NCBI GenBank assembly: GCA_963736895.1
Contig: CAVTQU010000008.1
Location: 119,920-183,919 of the forward strand
Source of the DNA: an uncultured Chloroflexia bacterium
GTDB taxonomy: Bacteria; Chloroflexota; Limnocylindria; Limnocylindrales; CSP1-4
Length of the DNA: 64,000 nucleotides
Direction: 5' to 3'
Shown here: piece after piece, positions 21,069 through 31,371 of the stretch
How positions within the stretch are numbered: the first letter of the stretch is position 1
How the letters are laid out: each line of letters opens with the position of its first letter
The notes under the pieces: model-generated
The model's database searches: none
Told to the model about the DNA's origin: nothing
Seen by the model: only the letters and a program-made list of their open reading frames with translations
Translations under genes and position numbers: made by a program

Positions 21069-22075
21069 GCCCTGAACACCGAACGAACCCGGCTGATCAT
21101 CGATGTCGATACGGGCATCGATGATTCGCTCGCCCTGCTCTACGCCTGCGCCTCCCCCGAGGCCGAGATCCTGGCAGTGACGTGCTGCTCCGGCAACGTC
21201 GTCGCTCAGCAGGTCGCGGTGAACACCCGTGCGGTGCTCGAGCTGGCCGGTCGACCGGACATCGAGGTTGCGCTGGGGCGCGAAGTGCCCCTCGTCAGGC
21301 CGCTGATGACCGCACCGGAGACGCACGGACCACGGGGCATCGGCTATGCCGAACTGCCCGAACCGTCGCAGGGTTTGAGCGAGCGCCACGCCGCGGACCT
21401 GATGATCGCTGAGGCCCGCGGCCGGCCGGGCGAGGTGACGCTGATCACGGTCGGGCCACTGACCAACCTCGCAGTCGCGCTCGTGCGCGAGCCGGAACTG
21501 CCGCGACTGCTCAAGGGACTGGTGATGATGGCCGGGGCCTATCGATCACCAGGCAACACGGCACCAACCAGCGAGTGGAACGTTGCTGTGGACCCAGAGG
21601 CGATGGCGATCGTGCTCGCCGGCTGGGAGGCTCACCCCGACGTACCGCGGCCGGTTGCGCTTGGGCCTGGACGTGACCGAGCGCGCGAAGATGACGCCCG
21701 ATCATCTCGCCGAGCTCCACCACCGCGCCGGCGACCGCGAAGAATCGGCGGTCCTGCGGTTCATCGACGACGCGCTGCGCTTCTACATGGAGTTCCACAG
21801 CCGCTACGACGGTTTTTATGGCGCTTTCATTCACGACGCCCTGGCCGTGGCCTCGGCGCTCGATCCGACCTTGCTCAGGACCGAATTGCTGGCCGTTCAG
21901 GTGGAGCTGGGCGGCATGTTTACGAGCGGCGAGACCGTCACCGACTGGCGCCGCGTTTGGGGTCGCGAGCCAAATCTGGACGTCGCGGTCGCAGGCGGAC
22001 GTGGACGCATTCTTCGAGCGTTTCATCGATCGTGTCGGAAAGCTCGCCGCGCAGCGTTCGGACGTGTCAATCTGA
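21069..22075 (+). pseudogene. Inosine-uridine-preferring nucleoside hydrolase (IUNH family), two apparent frameshifts and an unresolved start
   Basis: RLIIDVDTGIDDSLALLYA (the DxDxxxDD Ca-binding motif) lies in frame from 21069 with no canonical start after the in-frame stop at 21030. The middle part is in ORF 21583..22092 (FIHDALAVASALDP) and the C-terminus in ORF 21818..22075 (DVDAFFERFIDRV). Confidence 0.7.
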
Positions 22076-22105
22076 CACCTCCGGGGAGGTAGAAGAGGAG
22101 AGAGC

Positions 22106-23005
22106 ATGGGCTGGATCTCGGGACAGTTCACGACGCGGGTCATCGTGCTTATGCCGGTGGCGATCGCGATCAACATCGTCCTCGGCTACACCATCCAGAC
22201 GGTGCTCAAGGTGCCGATCTACATGGATTCGATCGGCACGATCTTCGTTGGCGTCCTCGCCGGACCGCTCGCCGGTGCCCTGACGGGCATCCTGACCAAC
22301 CTGATCTGGCAGTACGCGCCGGTCATCGGCGGCGGAACGATCGGCCCGTTCGCCATTACCGCCGGCGTGATTGGCTTGCTGGCAGGGCTCTGGGGTTACC
22401 TGGGCGTGTATCGACCTCGCCCCGCCACGGGCACGCAGCTGTTCGTGGGTGCGCTAGTCGCCGCGGCCATCGTGGTCCTGGTCGCAATCCCTATCTTCAA
22501 CAACCCCGCCTACACGGATCCGAACATCGGCAACTATCCAGACTGGGTGTTTACCGCCGCCATCGTGATCGCATTGGTCGCAGCAATCGGCGTAGCAGCC
22601 TTTATCTACATCAAGCGCGACATGGCTGGTCTGTGGGTGGCCATTTCCGGAGTTGTGACCGGCATCGTCGCAGCGTTCGTTTCCGCCCCAATCGCGGCAA
22701 TCGTCTTCGGGGGTGTGACCGGGTCGGGTACCGACCTGCTCGTGGCGGCATTACGTCAAGGCGGCTCGGACGTGTTCGCGGCATCGCTCGGGCAGGGCCT
22801 GTTCAGCGACCCGATCGACAAGCTGATCACCAGCTTCATCGTGTACATCATCCTGTCGAGCCTGTCGGTCCGCGTCCTTGCCCGCTACCCGCTGGGTGAT
22901 CGACTCACTCGTCCCGTGACTTCCGACAAGTCGCCGGAGACGCCGCAGACGCCGACACCCCCGGCTCCGCCGGCACCCGATTCACCCGCGGTATCCGACA
23001 CGTAG
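22106..23005 (+). CDS. ECF-transporter substrate-specific (S) component-like membrane protein, specificity unknown
   Basis: About 6 TM helices, Gly/Ala-rich. Sits immediately upstream of ecfT and two ecfA genes. Pro/Thr-rich C-terminal tail. Confidence 0.55.
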   Translation: MGWISGQFTTRVIVLMPVAIAINIVLGYTIQTVLKVPIYMDSIGTIFVGVLAGPLAGALTGILTNLIWQYAPVIGGGTIGPFAITAGVIGLLAGLWGYLGVYRPRPATGTQLFVGALVAAAIVVLVAIPIFNNPAYTDPNIGNYPDWVFTAAIVIALVAAIGVAAFIYIKRDMAGLWVAISGVVTGIVAAFVSAPIAAIVFGGVTGSGTDLLVAALRQGGSDVFAASLGQGLFSDPIDKLITSFIVYIILSSLSVRVLARYPLGDRLTRPVTSDKSPETPQTPTPPAPPAPDSPAVSDT

Positions 23006-23112
23006 GCACGACCTCAGGGCTGACCCAGCAGCCAGGGCTCCCCGATTTCGTAGCCCAGCCGCAGCACGGGCTCTACCGCAGCCTCAACCCGACCACCAAG
23101 CTGGTCATCGCG

Positions 23113-23820
23113 TTGACCAGCGCGATCATCGCTCTCAGCGTTCGGGGCTGGACCGCGCCGCTGATCGTGTTGGTCGTTTCGTTCGCACTAATCGTCGCGG
23201 TGGGCGTGGTGCGGCAATACATCCCGTACCTGCTCGCGACCTCGTTGTTGCTCATCTCGATCCTGCTCATCAACACGTTCCTCTATCCGGGGGCCACCGA
23301 CACGATCTTCGTGCTGGGTCCCTTTACGGCCACGGGAACGGGCCTGATCGCGGCTTCGCAGGCGGCGCTGCGCGTGCTCGCCTTTGCCACGTCCGTCGCC
23401 CTGTTCGCGTTGACAACTCGAACTGACGAGTTGGTCGACGACCTCGAACGACGCGGACTCGGACGTCGAGGTGCCTTCATCCTCACGACCGCTATCGGGA
23501 CCGTGCCTCAGATGACCCAACGTGCCCGTGAGATCGTGGATTCGCAGCGTTCGAGAGGCCTCGATACGCAGGGCGGCATCCTCGCGAGGATCAGAGGTCT
23601 CTTGCCGTTGGCCGGGCCGCTCGTCCTCAGTGCCTTCACGGAAGTGGAGCACCGAACCATGGCCCTGGAGGCACGCGCGTTCGCGGCACCGGGGCGGCGC
23701 ACAGTGCTGCGCGCCTACCGGGACACCGCACTGCAACGGACTCTGCGATGGGTGCTCGTGCTCGGAACGATCGCGCTGGTTGTGGCGGAGGTGGGTGGCC
23801 TTCTTGGGTGGATCCCGTGA
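23113..23820 (+). CDS. ecfT: Energy-coupling-factor transporter transmembrane component EcfT (CbiQ family)
   Basis: 235 aa, polytopic, conserved Arg-rich coupling-helix region (ERRGLGRRGAF...). Its stop overlaps the GTG start of the next gene (GTGA). Confidence 0.75.
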   Translation: MTSAIIALSVRGWTAPLIVLVVSFALIVAVGVVRQYIPYLLATSLLLISILLINTFLYPGATDTIFVLGPFTATGTGLIAASQAALRVLAFATSVALFALTTRTDELVDDLERRGLGRRGAFILTTAIGTVPQMTQRAREIVDSQRSRGLDTQGGILARIRGLLPLAGPLVLSAFTEVEHRTMALEARAFAAPGRRTVLRAYRDTALQRTLRWVLVLGTIALVVAEVGGLLGWIP

Positions 23821-24626
23821 GCTTGAACCTCGACAAGGTCGACTATCGCTACGCCGGTGCTACCGAAGCGACGCTGCACGGAATTGATTTAACGCTCGAG
23901 CCGGGGCGGGTCATCGGAGTGGTAGGCGCGAATGGCGCCGGCAAATCGACGATGTGCCTGTGCGCGGTTGGGCTTGCCCCCAACGTGATCGGCGGGGAGC
24001 TCAAGGGCAAGGTGGCGATAGATGACCTCGACACCTCCGGCAGCCCGATGCACAAGCTTGCCCAGCGCGCGGGCATCCTCTTCCAGGAATCGCAGACCCA
24101 GATAACCAGCGGCACGCCGACCGTTTGGGAAGAGGTCGCGTTCGGGCCGCGCAACCTGTCGCTGAGCCTGGACGAGGTCGTGGAGCGCACGTGGTCCGCG
24201 ATCCACGCCATGAGGCTGGAGGGCATCGTCGATCGGGATCCAAGCCGTCTTTCGGGCGGGCAGGCGCAGCTCGTCGCCCTGGCGGCGGTCCTGGCGCTCG
24301 GCCCGCGGTATCTCGTCCTTGACGAACCGACATCTCAGCTGGACCCGCTGGGCACCCGCCTGGTCGGCGAAACGCTGGCGCATACGGCACGCGAGACGAA
24401 CGTCGGCATCCTGATTGCCGAACACAAGACCGATCTCCTCGCCGAGCTCTGCGACGAGATTGTCGTCATCGACAAGGGACAGCTCGTGGCGCGCGGGACA
24501 GTTGAAGACGTTCTGCGTCACCCCAGCCTGGGTAAATGGGGCGTCGCCGCACCTGCCGACGTTCGATTGGAGCGCGCCGTCAGCGACGCGGGTCTGGCTT
24601 GGCAGGGCGAATGGGCGCAGGAGTGA
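23817..24626 (+). CDS. ecfA: ECF transporter ATPase subunit (ABC ATPase) EcfA
   Basis: Walker A GANGAGKST, ABC signature LSGGQ, Walker B LVLDEPTS. Likely start is GTG at 23817. Confidence 0.85.
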   Translation: MSLNLDKVDYRYAGATEATLHGIDLTLEPGRVIGVVGANGAGKSTMCLCAVGLAPNVIGGELKGKVAIDDLDTSGSPMHKLAQRAGILFQESQTQITSGTPTVWEEVAFGPRNLSLSLDEVVERTWSAIHAMRLEGIVDRDPSRLSGGQAQLVALAAVLALGPRYLVLDEPTSQLDPLGTRLVGETLAHTARETNVGILIAEHKTDLLAELCDEIVVIDKGQLVARGTVEDVLRHPSLGKWGVAAPADVRLERAVSDAGLAWQGEWAQE

Positions 24627-25459
24627 CTGCGGCATCGGGCATCGCGCTGGCGACGCGAGGCATCGGCTTCGTCTACCCGGACGGCACGCGGGCGCTTTCC
24701 AACGTGAGCTTGGACATCCAGGCGGGATCGCGCGTCGCAATCGTTGGCCAGAACGGTTCGGGCAAGTCGACTCTGATCAGACACTTCAACGGCCTGCTGC
24801 GCGCCACGGAGGGTGAGGTGCAGATTGCCGGCGAGCAGGTCGGAGATCGTCACGTCGCCGAGCTGGCCCGGCTGGTGGGAATCTCCTTCCAGAACCCGGA
24901 TCGGCAGATCTTCTCGTCGAGGGTCAAGTCGGAGGTCGCATTTGGACCGCGCAACATCGGGTTGCGTGGCGACGAGCTCCAACGTCGGCTATCGGGTTCC
25001 CTGACCCAGGTCGGGCTTGCAGATCAGGCCGATACAAACCCCTACGACCTCGGCTTCTCCGAGCGCAAGCTCCTGGCCTTGGCCTCGGTCGTCGCCATGG
25101 ATACGCCGGCAATCGTGCTGGATGAGCCGACGACGGGTCAGGACGCGAACGGCGTCCAGAAAGTCATGGAGATCGTCGCGGACCTGGCGAAGGACGGCCG
25201 AACCGTGGTCGCTGTCAGTCACGACATGACCTTTGTCGCAGAGGCGTTCGAACGCGTCCTCGTCCTGCGCGAGGGCCGATTGGTGCTAGATGGCGCGGTG
25301 GACGACGTGTTTGCCGAAGCGAATTGGCCAGTCCTCGAGTCGACCTTCCTGGAGCCGCCGTTCCCGGCAAGGCTCGGCGCGCGACTCGGCTTCGGGTCGA
25401 CGCCGACCAACGCAGCGTTCGTCGAAGCTCTCGTTGCGCGATCCAGGGACGTGCAATAG
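24611..25459 (+). CDS. ecfA: ECF transporter ATPase subunit EcfA' (second ABC ATPase)
   Basis: Walker A GQNGSGKST, Walker B IVLDEPTTG; the signature position reads FSERKLL (a degenerate LSGGQ). ATG at 24611 overlaps the previous gene by 16 nt. Confidence 0.85.
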   Translation: MGAGVTAASGIALATRGIGFVYPDGTRALSNVSLDIQAGSRVAIVGQNGSGKSTLIRHFNGLLRATEGEVQIAGEQVGDRHVAELARLVGISFQNPDRQIFSSRVKSEVAFGPRNIGLRGDELQRRLSGSLTQVGLADQADTNPYDLGFSERKLLALASVVAMDTPAIVLDEPTTGQDANGVQKVMEIVADLAKDGRTVVAVSHDMTFVAEAFERVLVLREGRLVLDGAVDDVFAEANWPVLESTFLEPPFPARLGARLGFGSTPTNAAFVEALVARSRDVQ

Positions 25460-25663
25460 CCTGCGCATCTAGTGATCGACCCGAATCGGATCTGCAGCTG
25501 CATCTGTAGCTAGGCGGGAGGAACCTCTCGCCGTAGCGAGCGCTACGCGCCGCGTCCGACCCACGGGGGTCCTCCTTCCGCCGAATCACCGGCTCTCCAG
25601 CCGATTTCCGTGCGCCCGATTTGACCGGACGCCTTTCTCCAATTCGACCGAGGTTGACCTTCG

Positions 25664-26215
25664 ATGGCCGACGCTATTCCCGCCTCTTCCGCCCGACTCA
25701 GACCAAGAACCGCCGACCCATATCGCGACCTTGGCGTCATCGACAGCCGAGCGCCACGCTTCAACCAGGTCGTGGTCGGCACTGTCTCACTGCTGGCCGT
25801 CATCACCGGTTGGTGGCCGCTGCTCACGCTCCTCGCGCTTCAGTTGGGTATCGGCCTGCGCTTCGGCCGCCAGTTCTGTCTTCCGTGCGTGGCCTATTTC
25901 GAGCTGATCCAGCCGCGCTTCGGCCAGGGCGATCTCGAGGACAGCCGTCCACCAAGGTTCGCCAACAAGGTTGGCTTCGTCTTCCTGGGCGCAGCCACTG
26001 TTGCCTACGTGCTCGGGTTCGGGCTGGTCGGCGCCGCATTGGGGCTCATCGTTGCGTCGCTCGCGCTGCTCGCCGCGGTCACCGGTTTCTGCACCGGTTG
26101 CTGGATGTACAAGACCGCGGCCCCGTTCCTGGGTATCCACGTCCGGCACATCGATGCGTCTGCGATCTGCACCGAGTGCGCGATCGACGCTCGCGACCCT
26201 GAGGCCGGCTGCTGA
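25664..26215 (+). CDS. DUF4395-like small membrane protein with Cys pairs
   Basis: RFNQVVVG start region, 4 TM helices, CxxC-like pairs (CLPC, CTGC, CTEC). Family call from memory only. Confidence 0.4.
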   Translation: MADAIPASSARLRPRTADPYRDLGVIDSRAPRFNQVVVGTVSLLAVITGWWPLLTLLALQLGIGLRFGRQFCLPCVAYFELIQPRFGQGDLEDSRPPRFANKVGFVFLGAATVAYVLGFGLVGAALGLIVASLALLAAVTGFCTGCWMYKTAAPFLGIHVRHIDASAICTECAIDARDPEAGC

Positions 26216-26250
26216 CGAGACACAACCGCGTGGCCCCTACGATTGCGTGA

Positions 26251-26766
26251 ATGCGCATCGCGGTCGTCGTAAGCCTCTGGCTGTTCGTCGCCTGTGGCGG
26301 ACCAACTCCCGCGCCGAGCGTCGGTCCCGTTGTCTCGACCTTCGAAGACGCCACAATGTCCTTCGAATACCCCAGCAACTGGAACGCCCTGGTTCCCGAA
26401 TCCGGGGATCCGGCCCTGGTCGTCCTTTCGACCGAACCACTGGCCACGACTGAGCCCCGCATCGCGAAGCTACAGAGGGACGGCGTTTACCTGGCTTGGA
26501 CGACGCTGACCACGGCGCCTGCAACAACCCCCGATCCCAGCTTCAGCTCCGAAGTGACCGTTGGCGGCCGGCCGGCAACGGCGTCTCAGCAGCTTGCGCA
26601 GGGCGATTGCGCAGCGCTCGACGGAACCGAGCTGCTGACGGTAGTCGTCGAGTCACCCGGCTCAGCGCAGGACGTCCAAATGCAGGCGTGTGTCCAGGGA
26701 CCAAACGTGGAGCTCACGGGCGCCACAATCGCCGGCATGCTGGCCAGCGTCCACTGGAAGAACTAG
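26251..26766 (+). CDS. Lipoprotein, unknown function
   Basis: Signal peptide plus lipobox LFVACGG; 171 aa. Confidence 0.5.
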   Translation: MRIAVVVSLWLFVACGGPTPAPSVGPVVSTFEDATMSFEYPSNWNALVPESGDPALVVLSTEPLATTEPRIAKLQRDGVYLAWTTLTTAPATTPDPSFSSEVTVGGRPATASQQLAQGDCAALDGTELLTVVVESPGSAQDVQMQACVQGPNVELTGATIAGMLASVHWKN

Positions 26767-27317
26767 GTCGCAGCCTCGTCAATTCCGACTTCGGTGACGG
26801 CCAGCTGGACCTCTGTGACCTGGCCGTCGCGGATGGACCACGCCCGAACAGTGGGCATCTCTTCCATGAGCGAGCAGACGAGGTAGAGGCTCTCCGGGAA
26901 GAAGGCGAGCCCAATGTCCGTCACCGACGGTACAGCGGGTGAGGCCACGTGCGAATGGACGATCCCCCATGGCACTTCCCCGGCGTCTTCGAGCTCCAGC
27001 CAGACCTTGAGCTGTTCCTGTGGGTCGATCACGTAGCGATACGGCGACTCTGCCGCGTTCCGAAGTGGGACGTAGCGCGTTGGAGCGCCGCCATCGCCCG
27101 CGTAGGTGGGGCCGACGAGCAGCCCGCATGCCTCGTTGGGCAGGCCCTGGCGTGCGGCATCGATGATCGATTGCACCAGCTCAGCCGAGACTGACGCGTT
27201 CGTCGCCTCGAGGCTCGGCGCAGCGTCTGACGCGGCGTCGCGGGCGGCCGTGCCGGTCTGAGCAGCCTCCGCCCACTCATCGGACGTGGGAAGGCCTTTC
27301 GACTCTTCCTTCACCAC
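26763..27317 (-). CDS. mec: JAMM/MPN+ metalloprotease of the Mec+ type (CysO carboxy-terminal peptidase)
   Basis: JAMM motif EACGLL...HSHVASPAVPSVTD (ExnHxHx7Sx2D). GTG start overlaps the cysM stop (GTGA). Sits downstream of cysO and cysM, as in the Mycobacterium tuberculosis CysO pathway. Confidence 0.75.
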   Translation of the reverse strand: MVKEESKGLPTSDEWAEAAQTGTAARDAASDAAPSLEATNASVSAELVQSIIDAARQGLPNEACGLLVGPTYAGDGGAPTRYVPLRNAAESPYRYVIDPQEQLKVWLELEDAGEVPWGIVHSHVASPAVPSVTDIGLAFFPESLYLVCSLMEEMPTVRAWSIRDGQVTEVQLAVTEVGIDEAAT

Positions 27318-28198
27318 AGGTTGAGCGCCTCCAGCTCGTCGTCGGATGGATCTCTCCGCCAGAGATCCTCGGATAGGTATTTCCACCCACCGTCCGCCAA
27401 AAGGGCAACAAGAGTTCCACTCTCCATCGTTTCAGCTATGCGCGAAGCGATGGCCATCACGCCACCCGACGACACGCCGGCAAAGATTCCTTCGGTCGCG
27501 GTCAGGCGTCGCATCGCCTCGATCGACTCCTCGGTCGATACGAGGAAACGGCCATCGAGTGCGGACTCATCAAGAATCTCGGGCACGAACCCCTCCTCCA
27601 GCGAGCGCAGGCCTTGTACCTGTTCTCCGGGAATGGGCTCGGCCGCGTAGACGCGCACATTGGGGTTGTGCTCGCGCAGGCGGCGGCCAACGCCCATGAG
27701 CGTGCCGCCCGTCCCCAGACCAGCCACGAACACGTCTACCTGACCGGCGTCAGCGAGGATCTCCACACCCGTCGCTTCGTAGTGGGCGCGCGGATTGTCT
27801 TGGTTGGCGTACTGGTCGGGCATAACGTAGCGCGGATCGTCGGCCGCCATGCTTCGCGCCAACGCAACCGCGCCGTTGGAACCCAACGCCCCGGGTGAGT
27901 CGATGATGGAAGCGCCGTACATCTCCAGCAGCTGGCGCCGTTCGCGGGTGACGTTGTCGGGCATCACGACGGTCAGCCGATATCCGCGGACCTGGCAGAT
28001 CATTGCCAGCGAGATGCCCGTGTTGCCTGACGATGGCTCCAGGATCACCGAGTCCTCGCGCAGGCGCCCGTCTCGCTCGAGCCCTTGGACCAGCGAACGA
28101 GCCACGCGGTCCTTGACCGAGCCGGTCGGGTTGAAGCCCTCCAGTTTGACCAGCATCGCCACGCGCGGATTTGGATTGAAGCGCGCGACTTCCACCAT
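27311..28198 (-). CDS. cysM: Cysteine synthase (CysM-type, PLP-dependent; likely accepts thiocarboxylated CysO)
   Basis: KLEGFNPTGSVKDR PLP-lysine motif, about 295 aa. Operon context with cysO and mec. Confidence 0.9.
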   Translation of the reverse strand: MVEVARFNPNPRVAMLVKLEGFNPTGSVKDRVARSLVQGLERDGRLREDSVILEPSSGNTGISLAMICQVRGYRLTVVMPDNVTRERRQLLEMYGASIIDSPGALGSNGAVALARSMAADDPRYVMPDQYANQDNPRAHYEATGVEILADAGQVDVFVAGLGTGGTLMGVGRRLREHNPNVRVYAAEPIPGEQVQGLRSLEEGFVPEILDESALDGRFLVSTEESIEAMRRLTATEGIFAGVSSGGVMAIASRIAETMESGTLVALLADGGWKYLSEDLWRRDPSDDELEALNLW

Positions 28199-28251
28199 GG
28201 GCGTGTGCCCGATGGCGTCAATCAGGGACGGGTACTCGCCCCGAACCTGCG

Positions 28252-28518
28252 TCAGTGACCGCCCGCCATGGCTGGCAGGATGATCACCGCGTCGTTGTCC
28301 TTGACCGGCGTGCCGAGTTCGTCCATGTAGCGCACGTCCTGGCCGTTGAGGTACACGTTGACGAAACGGTGCAACGAGCCGTCTCCGGCGAACAGCTGCT
28401 CCCCCAGACCGGGATAGCTCGCCACGAGATCGGTCAGCAGCTCGCCGACGTTCGCGCCGCTCGCATTGACTTCCTTCTGGCCGTCAACCTGGGTGCGGAG
28501 GACCGGTGGGATCCGGAC
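28252..28518 (-). CDS. cysO: MoaD/ThiS-family sulfur-carrier protein (CysO-like); C-terminus GG-His
   Basis: About 88 aa from GTG at 28518 (VRIPPVLRTQVDG...). Ends ...ILPAMAGGH*. A beta-grasp sulfur carrier with one residue after the Gly-Gly, which would need removal (JAMM protease) before adenylation. Confidence 0.7.
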   Translation of the reverse strand, partial: VRIPPVLRTQVDGQKEVNASGANVGELLTDLVASYPGLGEQLFAGDGSLHRFVNVYLNGQDVRYMDELGTPVKDNDAVIILPAMAGGH

Positions 28519-28523
28519 GCTGC

Positions 28524-29660
28524 TCAACCCGCGACCGCCAGCGTTGCGGCCGGCTCCGACGACGACGCAATCGGCATCGTGCCGTCGCCACAGGCCGGGC
28601 AGTGCGGGTCGCGACGGAGGGCCACCTCGCTGAACGTGCCGTCCAGGGCGTCCCAAATCAGGAGTCGCCCAATTAGCGGATCACCGAGCTTGAGCAGCAC
28701 CTTGATCGCCTCGGTCGCCTGGAGCAGGCCCATGACGCCCGGTACGACGCCCAGGACGCCAGCAACGGAACAGCCAGGCGCGAGCTCGGGTGGCGGCGGC
28801 GTGGGATACAGGCAGCGGTAGCACGGCCCCTGGTAGGGCACGAACACCGACAGCTGGCCTTCAAACCTGAACACCGACGCGTGGATGACTGGGATGGCCG
28901 CGCGAACGGCAGCGTCGTTGAGCGTGTACCGCGTCTCGAACGTGTCGGTGCCGTCGATCACGACGTCGTAGCCCGCGATCAGTCGATCGACGTTCTCCTC
29001 GGTCAGCATCTCCTCGTGGGCGACAACCTTGACCTCGGGGTTGAGCGCCCTGATCGAGATGGCGGCCGACTGGGTCTTCTTCATGCCGATCCGGTCTTCG
29101 GTATGGACGACCTGGCGCTGCAGGTTGGAAAGGTCGACGACATCGAAGTCGACGATGCCCAGCGTGCCGACTCCCGCCGCTGCGAGGTAGAGCAGGCCTG
29201 GTGAGCCGAGCCCCCCAGCGCCGATGAACAGCACTTTCGACTGCTGGAGCTTGGCCTGTCCTTCGGGCCCGACCTCGGGCATGACGAGGTGGCGCGCGTA
29301 GCGCGGGTTGCGTGCGACAGCCGGCGTGTCGTCAGGCAGCTCGACCGGCCGACCCTGGGCCTTCCAGACACCGATCCCGCCGGCCATGGAGGCGACGTTC
29401 TGGTAGCCGAGGCTCGCCATCTGCAGCGCGGCGCGCATCGAACGGGCGCCGGCGGCGCAATAGACGACGACCTGCTTCGACTTGTCGGGTGCGACCTGCT
29501 CGATGCGGTCCAGCACCTGGATCGGTGGTATCAGCGTCGCTCCGGCAAGGTGGCCGGCCTTCCACTCGTGTTCCTCACGCGTGTCGACGAGGACCGCGCC
29601 CTGCGCAATGAGATCAGCCGCCTCTGCCGGGGTTACCTCGCGAACGGGACCGCGCGCCAT
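28524..29660 (-). CDS. Rhodanese domain fused N-terminally to a MoeB/ThiF-type E1 adenylyltransferase (MoeZ-like sulfur-carrier activating enzyme)
   Basis: Rhodanese active-site loop VVVYCAAGARS (aa ~60-130), then ThiF nucleotide-binding VLFIGAGGLGSPGLLYLAAAGVG and zinc Cys pairs CYRC...CPAC. Start probably MARGPVREV at 29660, just after the sufU stop. Confidence 0.85.
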   Translation of the reverse strand: MARGPVREVTPAEAADLIAQGAVLVDTREEHEWKAGHLAGATLIPPIQVLDRIEQVAPDKSKQVVVYCAAGARSMRAALQMASLGYQNVASMAGGIGVWKAQGRPVELPDDTPAVARNPRYARHLVMPEVGPEGQAKLQQSKVLFIGAGGLGSPGLLYLAAAGVGTLGIVDFDVVDLSNLQRQVVHTEDRIGMKKTQSAAISIRALNPEVKVVAHEEMLTEENVDRLIAGYDVVIDGTDTFETRYTLNDAAVRAAIPVIHASVFRFEGQLSVFVPYQGPCYRCLYPTPPPPELAPGCSVAGVLGVVPGVMGLLQATEAIKVLLKLGDPLIGRLLIWDALDGTFSEVALRRDPHCPACGDGTMPIASSSEPAATLAVAG

Positions 29661-29673
29661 GGGCAGCTCTTGA

Positions 29674-30072
<399 letters not shown>

Positions 30073-30079
30073 GATTCCT

Positions 30080-31346
30080 TTAGTTGGTTACAGCGGCGGT
30101 CGGGCGCGCGAACAGCCTCTCGACTTTGTTTAGCGCCTCGGCCAGGCGGTCGATGTCATCGCGATCGGTGTAGATGTAGAAGCTGGCGCGGGCACTTGCC
30201 TCCTCGCCGAGTCGCTGGTGGAGCGGCATCGTGCAGTGGTGGCCGGCGCGGACCGCGATTGCTTCGCGGTCGAGGAGCGTGGCCACGTCATGTGGGTGGG
30301 CGTCTGCGAGATTGAAGGTGACGATGCCGGCACGGTCGCTCGCAGATAGCGGACCATGGATGCGGATGCTGGGCACTTCGCGCGGCAGCATCTCCAGCGC
30401 GTATTCGATGAGATCGTGCTCGTGGGCACGGACGTGCTCCATGCCGATGTCCGTCAGGTAGTCCAGCGCCGCGCCCAAGGCCGATGGCCGCAGCGATGTC
30501 CGGCGTGCCTGCCTCGAACTTGTAGGGCACCTCGTTGTACGTCGTGTGCCGCAGGTGTACCTCGCGGATCATCTCGCCACCGCCCATGAACGGCGGCATC
30601 TCCTCGAGGATCTCGCGGCGCGCCCAGAGCGCGCCTGAGCCTGGCGGTCCCAGCGTCTTGTGGCCGGAGAATACGAAGAAGTCGCAGTCCAGGTCCTGGA
30701 CGTTGACCGGCTGATGAGGCGCCGCCTGGGCGCCGTCGACGAGCACCAGAGCGCCAGCCGCATGCGCCTTGGCGACCATCTCCTTGACCGGATTGATCGT
30801 GCCGATGCCGTTGCTCACGGCGGTGAAGGCGACCAACTTGGGCTTCGTACGCAGCAGGGCCTCAAAGCTGTCCTGGTTGAGCCGCCCGTCCTCGTCGAAC
30901 GAGATGAACTCGAGGTCCGCGTCCTTCTCCTGGGTGAGCATCTGCCACGGAATGATGTTGGAGTGGTGCTCCATCTCGGTGGTCACAATGGTGTCGGCCT
31001 TGCCGATGTTGCGGCGTCCCCACGCGTAGGCAACGAGATTGATTGCCTCGGTCGCGTTGCGCACCATGATGATCTCGCGTGCGTCGCTGGCGCCCAGGAA
31101 CGTGGCGATCTTGGAGCGAGCGCCCTCGTAGGCGGCCGTGGCTTCCTCGCCGATCTCGTAGATCCCGCGATGGACGTTGGCGCTGTAGCGGTTCATGTAC
31201 TCGCTCATCGCCTCGGCAACGACGCGCGGCTTCAGTGCCGTTGCGGCGCTGTCGAGGTAGGCCATCTTGCGGCCGTTGAAGTCGCGGTCGTAGATCGCGA
31301 AGTCCGCGCGGGTCGCGACGGGGTCCAGCGCCGGGACGATGGCCAT
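30080..31346 (-). pseudogene. sufS: Cysteine desulfurase SufS (group II, PLP-dependent), apparent 1-bp frameshift at about 30475
   Basis: N-terminal 330 aa in frame 30288..31427 (SGHKTLGPPGSGALW PLP-Lys region). C-terminal 130 aa in frame 30080..30478 (RAGHHCTMPLHQRLG, catalytic-Cys loop). An extra G in the GGG run (CTTGGGCGCGGCG) separates them. Confidence 0.8.
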
Positions 31347-31371
31347 CAGCTGCTCGCTCCTTGTACCTGGC

